Below are positions 11,560-23,519 of a DNA stretch of 64,000 nucleotides, in pieces. Within the stretch, counting starts at the first letter, position 1, and every line of letters begins with the position of its first letter. The stretch is from the NCBI GenBank assembly GCA_030390025.1, contig CM059431.1, positions 107,014,001-107,078,000 on the forward strand. The letters are read 5' to 3'. The position numbers and the translations under genes were made by a program. The notes beneath the pieces were generated by a model. It did not search any database. It had not been told where the DNA came from and saw nothing but the letters and a program-made list of their open reading frames with translations. The stretch comes from Squalus acanthias (lineage: Eukaryota).

Positions 11560-13339
11560 GGTCTGAATTTTGCCGGCGCTCAGAGTCAGCGTTTGGAGAC
11601 GGGTCCGTTGCCAAAATCAAAATGATTGACAGCGGGTTGGGAACCCGCTGCGAACCCACCTTCATGTAAATTTCCAAAGTGTTGGGTCTGCGATTTCAGA
11701 ACAGACCCGACACCAAGTGGCGGGGGAGGCATTTAAGTTACTTAACTGATAGTTCAGTGCTTGCTTACAACTATTTTGCCAGCCTTTTCTATTTTCCCAC
11801 ATTTTTAATGGGGTTCACGTCATTCGGAGATCACATCAGATAAGTAGGTCGGGTTCTCTATGTCTCACCATTGCTGTGAATAGGTGACAGCTGCAAAAGT
11901 GGTATAAAAGCTACCATTTCATAGCTGTTCACTTTCCAATGTCAGAAGCTTGAGCCTTCAGGACTTGGAAGACACTTTTGAGCTGTATGCGGTTTGGAAG
12001 TGTTTGGAGTAAACTCTCTATCCACTGTCACCTCCTTGGAGCAAGCTCTCCCACCATTAACAGATTGCTCTGTCATCTCAACTTCAGCTGCCATCTATTA
12101 CAGCAACATCGGTGCCCTTGAAAAAATCTCACCTTGGTCCTCAGAATCCCACCGCAATCAGCCCCAACACCATCACCAGGCACACCAGCAGCACCAACAA
12201 CAGCACCAACCTTCTCCGCAATAACCTGATGCTGCACAGGACACAGGGCATCAGCACCCGACAACATTGCTGTCCGGGAGGCCAGTGATGGCATCACCAT
12301 AGCCAGATTTACTTCAGTTGACGCTGTACACCCTGGCTGCCACATGATGCTCCAGGTTAACTCCACCTTACACCATCACCATAAAGCATTCCTACAATGC
12401 CCAAGCCATTCCTTTAATACTCATCACCATTGCGGGGGATACCGTTATGTCTCACCATTCACTGCAACTCACTAAGACACTTCCAAATGTGTGCACAGAT
12501 CTGTACAATAAGGTAAAGTGTTGAAAATAAAGATTTCAATGTTTGACAACACATTAACAGAAAACTTACATGAACATTGCATAAAACACCGAAGTGCCTA
12601 CCCTTTTGTGTTGTTAGTTGGTATGATTGCACTAGGATGAGGGTGAGTGTGAGGAGTGGCTAGTGAGATGGGGAAGTGATAATGCAGATATAGAGGGATG
12701 GGTGGAGGTACAAGGTAAGTTGATGTGAGTAAGGATTTACAGGAGTAGGGTAGGGAAGGCAGAGTTATGGGGATGTGATGAGTGGCACAGGATGAGGTTG
12801 AGTGCGGCTTTGCAGTAACGTTTCGTGATCTACTGAGATCATTGAAAGGTTTGCGCCACTGCAGCCTGGTCCTCCTGATGACATCCCTGCTTGTGCCCTC
12901 CTCTGCAATGTGCAACCAGGCTGCGTGGGTGTCCTGGGGAGGTCTCTTCCGCCCTTGGAAGGGAAGAGAACCTCCCTGCGTGCTGTTACTCCCTCCATTA
13001 GCATATGGAGGGAGTCATGCGAGAGCCTGGGTGCAGCCGTACACCTTTATACAGTGCTTGTCAGTGTTTGCAGCAACTCAATGCTGTGGAACACTGACAG
13101 CACAACTGTCAAAATGAATGTGGACGTGGTCCCTTTAAGAAAACCGGCTGATGACGTGTCATCAGATGATGTCATCATACCCGCTTCCTTTTAATTGGCC
13201 GGGAACCCCGCAGGGCGGGCTTAACCAGCCCTCTTCACGGAAAATCCTTTTTACAAAGCGGCTACAGCCGGGAATGGGACCGGAATGCACCAACCAGCTC
13301 TCCCGCTGCGATCCCGCCTCCGCTGGTGAAATCGCAGCC
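11560..13339. mobile_element. Non-autonomous PIF/Harbinger derivative with Myb/SANT-like gene remnant on the minus strand
   Basis: Imperfect TIRs GGTCTGAATTTTGCCGGCG / CGCTGGTGAAATCGCAGCC, inserted in a CR1. Minus-strand peptides MEGVTARREVLFP and HIAEEGTSRDVIRRTRLQWRKPFNDL. Confidence 0.78.
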
Positions 13340-13879
13340 AAAATATTTGTTTAATTTCTCTGCCATTTCCTTATTTCCCATTATAACTTCTCCTGTCTCA
13401 GCCTGTAAGGGACCCACATTTACTTTTGCTAATCTTTTCCTTTTTACATACCTATAGAAGCTTTTACAGTCTGTTTTTATGTCTCTCGCTAGTAATTCTC
13501 ATATTCTATTTTCCCTTTCTTTATCAATTTCTTGGTCCTCCTTTGCTGAATTCTAAAATCCTCCTAATCCTCAGACTTACTTTTTGACAACATATGTCTC
13601 TTCCTTTGAGCTAATACTATCTTTAACTTCTCTTGTTAGCCACGGTTGGACCACTTTTCCTGTGGGGTTTTTGTGCCTGAAAGGAATATATATTTGATGT
13701 AAATTATGTATTAATTCTTTAAATGCTAGCCATTGCTTGTCTACTCTCATACCTTTTAATGTAGTTTCCCAATCTACCGTAGCCAACTCGCCCCTCATAT
13801 TTACATAGTTTGCTTTGTTTAGATTTAAGACCCTAGTTTCGGATTTAACTAAATCACTTTCAAATTCAATATAAAATTC

Positions 13880-14810
13880 TATCATTCTAGTAAACCTACG
13901 CTGCACTGGCTCCAAGGCCAATATATCCTTCTTAAGGTGTGGTGCCCAGAACTGCTCACAGTACTCCAGGTGTGGTCTAACCAGGGTTTTGTACAGCTGC
14001 AGCATAACTTCTACCCCCTTGTATTCCAGTCCTCAAGATATAAAGGCCAGCATTCCATTAGCATTTTTGATTATTTTCTGGACCTGTTCATGACATTTTA
14101 ATGACCTATGTACCTGGGTCCCCAAGTCTCTTTGGACATCCACTGTTTTTTAGCTTTTTACCATTTAGAAAGTACCAAGTTCTATCCGTTTTAGGTCCAA
14201 AGTTGATGACCTCACATTTGCCTATATTGAAATCCATTTGCCATAGTTTTGCCCATTCGCTAAATCTACCAATATCCCTTTGTAATTTTATGCCTACAAT
14301 GCCGCCTATGTTTGTGTCATCGACAAATTTGGATATATGACTTTCAATGCCATCATCTAAGTCATTCATAAATATGGTAAATAGTTGAGGCCCCAACACA
14401 GATCCCTGCGGGACACCACAAGCCATATCCTGCCAATGAGAGTACCTGCCCATTATCCCTACTCTCTGTCTCCTGCCGCTCAGCCAATTTCCTAACCAGG
14501 TCAATAATTTGCCCTCAACTCCATGGGCATCTACCTTAGATAACAGGCTCTTATGTGGGACTTTATCAAATACCTTCTGGAAGTCCATATAAATAACATC
14601 GATAGACATTCCCCTGTCCACTACTTTAGTCACCTGCTCAAAAAATTCAATCAGGTTGGTCAGGCATGACCTACCTTTCACAAATCCACGCTGACTCTCT
14701 CTGATTAACTGAAAATTTTCGAGGTGTTCAGTCACCCTATCCTTAATTATAGACTCTAGTAATTTCCTGACAACAGATGTTAGGCTAACTGGTCTATAAT
14801 TTCCTGGTTT
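13880..14810 (-). mobile_element. CR1 ORF2 RT fragment
   Basis: ORF 14106-14825: NYRPVSLTS, GFVKGRSCLTNL, YMDFQKVFD, GVPQGSVLGP, KFVDDT. Confidence 0.92.
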
Positions 14811-16112
14811 TGAAGGGATAATCACTAGTCTTAGCCCCTTTAGGGCTACCCCAGATCAGGTGTATTCCTCAGATGTTCACTTTCAACTAAAGTTAGCGGT
14901 AGCCGAATCCTAGAGATGCTTAATTGGGTCTAAAGGTTCAGACTATCTCTCCCTAAAGGAAAGGAACAACCTGAAAATGTTACCGTCCTCCAGATAGCAC
15001 TTTTAATAAGTTTAGCTAGACTGTAACGTTCTGGATATTATGAGGGTCCGGAAAACTCCCCTAGAATTCTGCAACTCCTCACCAAAGAGTGTACAGAGAT
15101 TGAGTTTGCAAGTTTGATACAGAAGTATTATGTGAGACAATTCTAAAAATATATAGATTTATTAAAGAACCAACATGTAATTTACAGTTGGTGAGTCAAT
15201 CACAACATTAACAGTTCCAAAAAGAGAAAGCTTTGCAATCTTATTATCAGAGATCCTTACTCTCAAATCTTAACTTCGCTCCAGTTTTACAGTTCTTAGT
15301 TTTATTCAGGATATCCACCAAAATCAAATACAGTACCTTTGATCCCCAAAGTACAAAGAGTTGTAGACTTACAGAGCCACCTCTGAAGCCTGAGAATCGC
15401 TTTGCCCCTTTACAGCGAGTCTACTATCCCATTTGAGAGTTCAATATTTATACCCTTTTTCAGTGGTATTTCCTTTAAGGTTTTCTGCTGATGTAAGCTA
15501 ATTATCTCTAGTCATTTTTCTGCTGACTTCTACAATTCTTAGTCACCTCAGCTGGTAGCATTACAGAACCATGTCTCTTCTCTAGGTGTTCCAAGCTTAC
15601 CATAAAAAACAGTGTAAAAGCACATGCGCTTTATTTGATGTCATTTTTACCAAGGCCTTTTGTTTGTGTCTTTTAAAAAGTGTAAATTAGAACACCTCAA
15701 CCAGGGTGATCTATGCAATTCTTAGTCACCACAGCTGGTTGTAACACAGAATCGTGTCTCTCCTCCCCTCTAGGTATTCCAATGTAACAACAGGTGCATT
15801 TCATTTGATGTCATTTTTACTAAGGCCTTCTGTTTGTGCCTTTTTGCGAAGTGTAATTTAGAACACCTTAACAGGGTGTACCATTGTCTGCTCCCAAAGA
15901 TTCAGACCGTCGGGAAACTTTAACCTTCTGTTTCAATTAGGTTATTGATTCAGTGTCAACAACTTATCTTATTTCAGTAGCCTGAATGCTGTAAACAATA
16001 CAACTTTTCATAGCCAGGTTTCTAGATTTCCAGACCTAGTTTGTCATGTTTTAATAAGGCCAGAATTCTTTCATAGAATGGTGTATTTTTCTGAATATGG
16101 CTTATTCCTTCA
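14811..16112 (-). mobile_element. Solo LTR (family B) without a matching TSD
   Basis: Termini TGAAGGGATAA / TTATTCCTTCA. Minus-strand TATAAA at 15447-15452 lies upstream of AATAAA at 15158-15163. An approximately 183-bp tandem duplication sits in the putative U3. Confidence 0.75.
15533..15880. repeat. Imperfect tandem duplication inside the LTR, unit about 183 bp
   Basis: CAATTCTTAGTCACC starts at 15533 and 15716. Both units share TTTGATGTCATTTTTAC and TTAGAACACCT. Confidence 0.85.
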
Positions 16113-19100
16113 CAGGAGGTAAATTAAAAAATAGGACCTCAAAGGTAGTAATCTCAGGATTGCTACCAGTGCCACGTGCTAGTCAGTGTAGAAATAGAAG
16201 GATATTTCAGATGAATACGAGGCTAGAGGAATGGTGCAAGGGGGAGGGATTCAAATTCCTGGGACATTGGAACCGGTTCTGGGGGAGGTGGGACCAGTAC
16301 AAACTGGACAGTTTGCACCTGGGCGGGACCGGGACCGATGTCCTTGGGAGAGTGTTTGCTAGTGCTGTTGGGGAGGGTTTAAACTAAAATGGCAGGGAGT
16401 TGGGAACCTGTGCAGGGAAACAGAGGAAAGGGAAGCAAGGATAGAAACAAAAGACAGGAAGGAGAAAAGCATTAGTGGAAGGCAGTGAAATCAAGGCTGT
16501 AAATCAAACAGGGCTACAGTAAATAATAATTTTAAAAGGACTAAAAGTGATAAAAAAAACAAGCCTGAAGGCTTTGTGTCTTAATGCGAGGAGCATTTGT
16601 AATAAGGTGGCTGAATTAGCTGCACAAATATATGTAAACGGATATGATATAATTGGGATTACAGAGACATGGCTCCAGGGTGACCAAGGCTGGGAATTCA
16701 ACATCCAGGGGTATTCAATATTCAGGAAGGACAAGCAAAAAGGAAAAGGAGGTGGGGTAGCATTGCTGATTAAAGAAGAGATTATCACAATAGTAAGGAA
16801 GGATATTAGCTCTGATGATGTGGAATCTGTATGGGTAGAGCTGAGAAATACCAAGGGGCAGAAAACGTTAGTGGGAGTTGTATACAGACCCCCAAACAGT
16901 AATGCTGAGGTTGGGGATGGCATTAAATGGGAAATTAGAGATGCGTGCAATAAGGGCACAGCAGTTATCATGGGTGACTTTAATCTACATATAGATTGGG
17001 CTATCCAAATTAGTAACAATACTGTGGAGGAGGAATTCCTAGAGTGTATACGGGATTGTTTCCTGGACCAATATGTCGAGCAACCAACTAGCGACCAGGC
17101 CATCTTAGACTGGGTATTATGTAATGAGAAAGGGTTAATTAGCAATCTTGTTGTGCGAGGCCCCTTGGGGAGGAGCGATCATAATATGATAGAATTCTTC
17201 ATTAAGATGGTGAGTGAAATAGTTGACTCAGAGACTAGGATCCTGAACTTAAATAAAGGAAACTATGATGGTATGAGGCGCGAGTTGGCAAGGCTGGATT
17301 GGGGAACATTACTTAAAGGGTTGATGGTAGATTGGCAATGGCACACATTTAAAGATTGCATGGATGAACTACAGAATTTGTTCATCCCTTTTTGGCATAA
17401 AAATAAAACAAAAAAGGTGACTCAACCGTGGCTAACAACGGAAATTAGGGACAGCATAAGATCCAAGGAGAGGACATATAAATTGGCCAGAAAAAGCGGC
17501 AAACCTGAGGATTGTGAGCAATTTAGGATTCAGCAAAGGAGGACAAAGGGATTAATTAAGAGGGGGGAAATAGAATATGAGAGTAAGCTTCCAGGGAACA
17601 TAAAAACTGAATGTAAAAGCTTCTATAGAGAAAAAGATTGGTGAAGTCAAGCATAGGTCCCTTGCAGTCAGAATCAGGGGAATTTATAATGGGGAACAAA
17701 GAAATGGCAGACCAATTAAATACATACTTTGGTTCTGTCTTCACAAAGGAGGACACAAATAACCTCCCAAGAGATGTCGGGGAACATAGGGTCTAATGAG
17801 AAGAAGGAATTGAATGAAATCAGGATTTGTAGGGAAATGGTGTTAGGCAAATTGACGGGATTGAAGGCCGATAAATCCCCAGGGCCTGATAATCTACATC
17901 CTAGGGTACTTAATGAAGTGGCCCTAGAAATAGTAGATGCCTTGCTGGTCATCTTCCAAAATTCTATAGACTCTGGAACAGTTCCCATGGATTGGAGGGC
18001 AGCTAATGTAACCCCACTATTTAAAAAAGGTGGCAGAGAGAAAACGGGGAATTATAGACCGGTAAGCCTGACATCGGTAGTGGGCAAAATGCTAGAGTCC
18101 ATTATAAAAGATGTAATAGCAGAGCACTTGGACAACAATGACAGGATCAGACAAAAGTCAACATGGATTTACAAAAGGTAAATCATGTTTGACTAATCTA
18201 CTGGGACTTTTTGAGGATGTAACTGGTAGAATAGATAAGGGTGAACCAGTGGATGTGGTGTATTTGGACTTTTAGAAGGCTTTCGATAAGGTCCCGGATA
18301 AGAGATTAGCATGCAAAGTTAAAGCACATGGGATTGGGGGTAAGGTACTGACTTGGATAGAGAACTGGTTGGCAGACAGGAAGCAAAGAGTTGGAATAAA
18401 TGGATCTTTTTCCGAGTGGCAGGCAGTGACTAGTGGGGTACCGCAGGGATTGGTGCTAGGACCCCAGCTATTCACAATATATATTAATGACCTAGACAAG
18501 GGAACTAGATGTAATATCTCCGCGTTTGCAGACAACACAGAGCTGGGTGGGTGTGTGTGCTGTAAGAAGGATGCAGAGAAACTCCAGTATGATTTGGGCA
18601 GGTTGGGTGATTGGGCAGATGCATGGCAGATGCAGTATAATGTGTATAAATATGAGGTTATCCACTTTAGTGGCAAAAACAGGAAGACAGATTATTATCT
18701 GAACGGCAATAGATTTGGAAAAGGGGACGTGCAACAAGACCTGGGTGTCCTTGTGCACCAGTCGCTGAAGGTAAGCATGCAGGTGCAGCAGGCGGTTAAG
18801 AAGGCAAATGGTATGTTGGCCTTCATAGCGAGAGGATTCGAGTACAGGAGCAAGGCTGTCTTGCTGCAGTTGTACAGGGCCTTGGTGTGACCACACCTTG
18901 AGTATTGAGTGCAGTTTTGGTCGCCTTATCTGAGGAAGGATGTTCTTGCCATGGAGGGAGTGCAGCGAAGATTCACCAGACTGATACCTGGGATGGCAAG
19001 AATGACGTATGAAGAGAGATTGGTTCGATTAGGCTTATATTCGCTTGAGTTTAGAAGAATGAGAGGGGATCTCATTGAAACTTATAAAATTCTAACAGAC

Positions 19101-19450
19101 TAGACAGACTAGATGCAGGAAGGAAGTTCCCGATGGCGGGGGAGTCCAGAACCAGGGGTCCCAGTCTAAGGATAAGGGGTAAGCCATTTAGGACTGAGAT
19201 GAGGAGGAATTTCTTCACCCAGAGAGTGGTGAACCTGTGGAATTCTCTACCACAGAAGGCAGTTGAGGCCAATTCATTAAATATATTCAAGAAGGAGTTA
19301 GATATATTTCTTATTGCTAAAGGTATCAAGGGATATGGGGAGAAAGCAGGGACAGGGTACTGAATTTGGATGATCAGCCATGATCTCATTAAATGTCAGA
19401 ACAGGCTCGAGGGGCTGAATGGCCTACTCCTGCTCCTATCTTCTATGTTT
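16113..19450 (+). mobile_element. CR1 LINE: C-terminus of ORF1 SGNH esterase, frameshifted ORF2 (APE + RT) and 3' UTR
   Basis: ORFs 16097-16387 (KVVISGLLPVP...DSLHL), 16547-17644 (NARSI, GITETW, GDFN, SDHN), then 17729-18181, 18369-18890, 18909-19103 and 19133-19363. Confidence 0.95.
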
Positions 19451-19516
19451 CCCCTATCTTTCCTGTAGACCTTATAACCTGGTATATTTAGTTCCCAGAA
19501 CATCCCCACTTCTGAC

Positions 19517-20290
19517 CTTATGACGGAGGGAAGATGGTTGAGCCTCGAACACTGCCCTGAGGAACTCCTGCAGCAATGTCCTGGGGCTGAGCTGATTGGC
19601 CTCTAACCACCACAACCATCTTCCTTTGTGCTAGGTATGACTCCAGCCAGTGGATAGATTTCCCTCTGATTCCCATTAACTTCAGTTTTACTCGGGTTCC
19701 TTGATGCCACACTTGGTCAAATGCTGCTTTGATGCCAAGGGCAATCACTCTCACCTCACCTCTGGAATTCAACTCTTTTGTTCATGTTTAGACCAGGGCT
19801 GTAATGAGGTCTGGAGCTGAGTGGACCTGGCGGAACCCAAACTGAGCATCGGTGAGCAGGTTATTGGTGAGTAAGTGCTGCTTGATAGCCCTGTTGACGA
19901 CACCATCCATCACTTTGCTGATGATTGAGAGTGGACTGATGGAGCGGTAATTGTCCGGATTGGATTTGTCCTGTTTTTTGTGGACAGGACATACCTGGGC
20001 AGTTTTCCACATTGTCAGGTAGGTGCCAGTGTTGTAGCTGTACTGAAACAGCTTGGCTAGAGGCGCGGCTAGTTCTGGAGCACAAGTCTTCAGCCACGAT
20101 GTTGTTGGGGCCCATAGCCTTTGCTGTATCCAGTGCGCTCAGTCGTTTCTTGATATCACGTGGAGTGAATTGAATTGGCTGAAGACTGGCTTATGTGATG
20201 ATGGGGACCTCAGGTGGAGGCCGAGATGGATCATCCACTCGGCATTTCTGGCTGAAGATGTTTGCAAATGTTTCAGCCTTGTCTTTTGCA
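19517..20290 (-). mobile_element. LINE family 2 RT fragment
   Basis: WKTAQVCPVHKK...NYRSIS, QFGFR, IKAAFD, GVPQGS. Homologous to 24700-25400. Confidence 0.9.
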
Positions 20291-23200
20291 TCTTATTATG
20301 CACAGTATTCTTTAATATTAAATAATAATGAATTACTCTATGTTAAATTGAACTCAGGTAAAGCTGTGCTATTGTAATTTAGTTTTTGTTTATGATTATG
20401 TTGACAATCATATAGCTTTCAGTAAACTACAGCACACAAAGACACCATTATCAATTAAGAACATACACTCAAGGAATGCTGAGACATAAAATACACCAAA
20501 TTCTAAATTTCCGTTGTGGAAACTCATTCCTGTTTGACCTTTGTTTTGTGTGGATTTCGTCATCATCAAGGAGAGGAATGGAAACTTTTCTAACTCCTGG
20601 GATCCAGTATCAGCAATCTCACATCAAGTAGCCAATGTTTAGTTGCAGAAAAATGCTCCCTCTGCTGTGCCTTATAATGTGACTTAACCTGAACTTCAGA
20701 ACCTCACCCCCATTAAAATGGTGTGAAATTTCCCTTCCTCACACTAGTCATCCTTGTGACCTCTCTGACTGAATATCAATTTAGCGCCAATTAGCGGTGA
20801 ATTGTGGCAGTTGGCCTAGGAACTTGATATGGACTGCCCAAACTTAGGACATTTACAGCTGACAAATGAAATTTTCACCCAATTAGTCAGGAATTCAAAC
20901 TTGGGAGAAAGTACAACGTGTGATAACCCACTGTGCCCCCTCATTTCATAACAAGTCCTTTTTGCATTATTTATAAGTTCTACCTTTGCTTCATTGATTT
21001 ACTGTACAAACATTTTTTTTTGGATGGATAATTTGTTCGCTCCAACACGGCTCACGGTGCGTTTATGTTACAGAACTATTTTGGGAAGTAGTTTTGTGGC
21101 GGGGGGGCATAGGAATTGCTGACTTCTATTATGGGGTGGTTATGGGGCAGCATTCGGGATGATGTAAAACGATCTGTGCATGTGTTTAAGTTGCGACTTA
21201 AGATGCGACGATGTAGTTGCAGAATGTCCGTGCAGCCGAGCGAGTGCAAACTCGAGTGAGTGTGTATCAACTGAGCTGATCGGTTCATTGCTGACCAGAA
21301 AACATGGCCACTTTCACATCTGGAGGCAAGTCCAGTTTTATTCATGTTGCCATTGGGGATGGCCGTGCCCCCAGACGCGTTGGTGGAAACCAACCTTTTT
21401 CGGCTGGAAAGAAACCATCCTAAGGGTGCCAACCCTTTTACGTGGCTGGATTGCCACTGATGGTAAAACTAAATGGTTAGAGGCCTCCCTTTCTCAAGGA
21501 GCAAACTGCAAAGTTGATGATTAAAAGCAAATGGCTTCGCACCTCAAAAAAAACCCAACCCATTTGGATCAAATTCTCCTTTTTTTAAAAAGAGGTATTT
21601 CCAGATGAAGAAAATTCTCAAATGTTACCCTTGCGGTTATCCTGTATCCAGCTGTCATTGCAAGCAGTATCTTAAAATGATCACTGCTGTTAGTCCTTTC
21701 GAAAAGGACACAGCAGCCGTACTCTTCATTTTACTGGAACTACAACTACTGGCGTGAAGCCTTTCTTTTGATAATGTTTTAGTATGTTTACAATGCTGCT
21801 GTAAATATATTTTGTGTGGTATTACATGTGTGTTTTTATATCGTATTTGCTGTGGCTCATAATTAATTTGAAAATTTGTAATCTAATTTAGGCTGATTTT
21901 GGAAACAAAACACTGAAGGCCCAGTAGGATTGGAGTGCATGGAGCTTAGAACAATTCAAATACACTGCTGAAAAGAACTCAAACCGCCTTCATCAGCCTC
22001 GCACTTCAATGGGATCCTGCAGGTTATTCTCTCACTGCTGACCTCTGATGATTCCATTGTGCTGGAATCAGATACTGAGCATCGAATGGATCGATACACT
22101 ACATCAAGTATCAGATGCAAAACCTAGATTGGATCAATACACGGTGAGGCCTATTTTCAGGCTGTACTTTGACTGCATGCAGTTAACGCTGCAAAATGGT
22201 TCAGTGCTGAACCAATTAATTGTGCACTGATTTCTGTCTCTCCTGGATGTGGTTGCGTTGCTGGTGAAAGCCTAAACTGGCCTATCATTGCATAGTGGCC
22301 ATTATCGCGGTTAAAACCGTAAACAAGCAGAATAAGAAGACCCTGCCTCTTATAATTAACTGCACCGTACTGACAGCAGAGCCAATTGGTAATTGACTAA
22401 AACCGCATAAAATCACAATTTACGGAACATGAGCCTCCAAGGTGTCCAGGAATGCAGGAAACATTTGGCATGGGGATGGGCAGGATGGGGTTAACGTCCT
22501 CAATAGATTCAGTGACGTAGTAATCCAATGCCAAGTCTAGAGGACGAAAGGATGAGGGCCGTAGCACCTTGAAGGAGCTCCCAGCTTCAAAGAAAGATAA
22601 CCAAGTTTTGCAAGGGCTACAGGTTGAAGCCAAATTTGTCAAAAACAGTGAATCAGAAGCTGTTGTAACATTTTTGTCTTATCACAAATAGAAAAGTGGT
22701 CAAATTGTGTGACACATTGACCAGTAATGATGTGTTTAGTCCATTGTGCAGCACAAAGCAAAATATAGGTGTTTGAAATTTGCAGAACTGTTGAAAATAT
22801 ATGACATGCACTCATTTAGAAGCTCGCATTTCATGACATACTTGCTGAGTTGTTGAAGAGGTGACAGAACCTCCTCAGACTATGCAAACCCTGCGGTGTA
22901 ATAATGGACTTCTTTTTTTTATCACTGTTCATGTAGAAGGGCTTCTCCCATTGTCCTCTCTGTTTCTTGTCTTCATGAAAGATCAGGTTACCATGCTGTA
23001 CTTTTTGTTAATGACACTACCCTCCAAACAGTGGTTGAGCCCTGATGTGAGAGCCAAGCAATAACAGAATCACCTCGGGTAGATACTGACAGATTTGAAT
23101 ACTGGTCAGATGATGCATTATCTTCAGTGGTGAGAAAAAGTAATCAATAATTCTGTCAACAATCATTGTGTTGTTGTCTACTCATCTCTACTCTATGAGA

Positions 23201-23519
23201 GTACCGAGGTCTTGTCAGTTAAAAACAGTCAGCTTATTAGCTAGATAATCAAATTTGAAGTACACTATAGGATAGAGCAATGAAGGTCGCAAAAACTGCT
23301 GGCAGGAAAGTAAGGATTTTGAGAAAATTAATCTGAATTTACAACCATGTTTTGGGAAGCATGTAACTATCCAATAATTGATTATTTTAGTCAGGTTTGG
23401 AAGGCTGTTTAAAAAAAAGTCAGCTCTTGCCCCAGGATTCAGTACAGTTAAAAGTAATGTAGACCAGTAAACATGATCAGGATGGGTCCTCCATGTTCAA
23501 GTTCAAAATAATAAGAACA

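Larger units (their letters stand above)
9628..13885 (-). mobile_element. Degenerate CR1 ORF2 (end of endonuclease to RT), split by insertions at 9780-10668 and 11560-13339
   Basis: ORF 11183-11458 (LKADKFPGHDALHPRVLK...WKIANVT.LFKKG...FRPVSLTS) and ORF 13577-14005. The sequence resumes across both insertions. Confidence 0.85.

Noticed and set aside
16504..17145. Long antisense ORFs over CR1 ORF2 (also 41829-42239 and 42486-42890)
   Set aside because: These are shadow frames of LINE coding sequence.
22045..22071. CTGATGA followed by a TTCCA/TGGAA hairpin as a hammerhead
   Set aside because: There is no GAAA box after the stem and no stem I/III pairing.
22397..22642. 81-aa ORF in unique sequence as a host exon
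   Set aside because: No recognisable protein similarity and no convincing splice sites.
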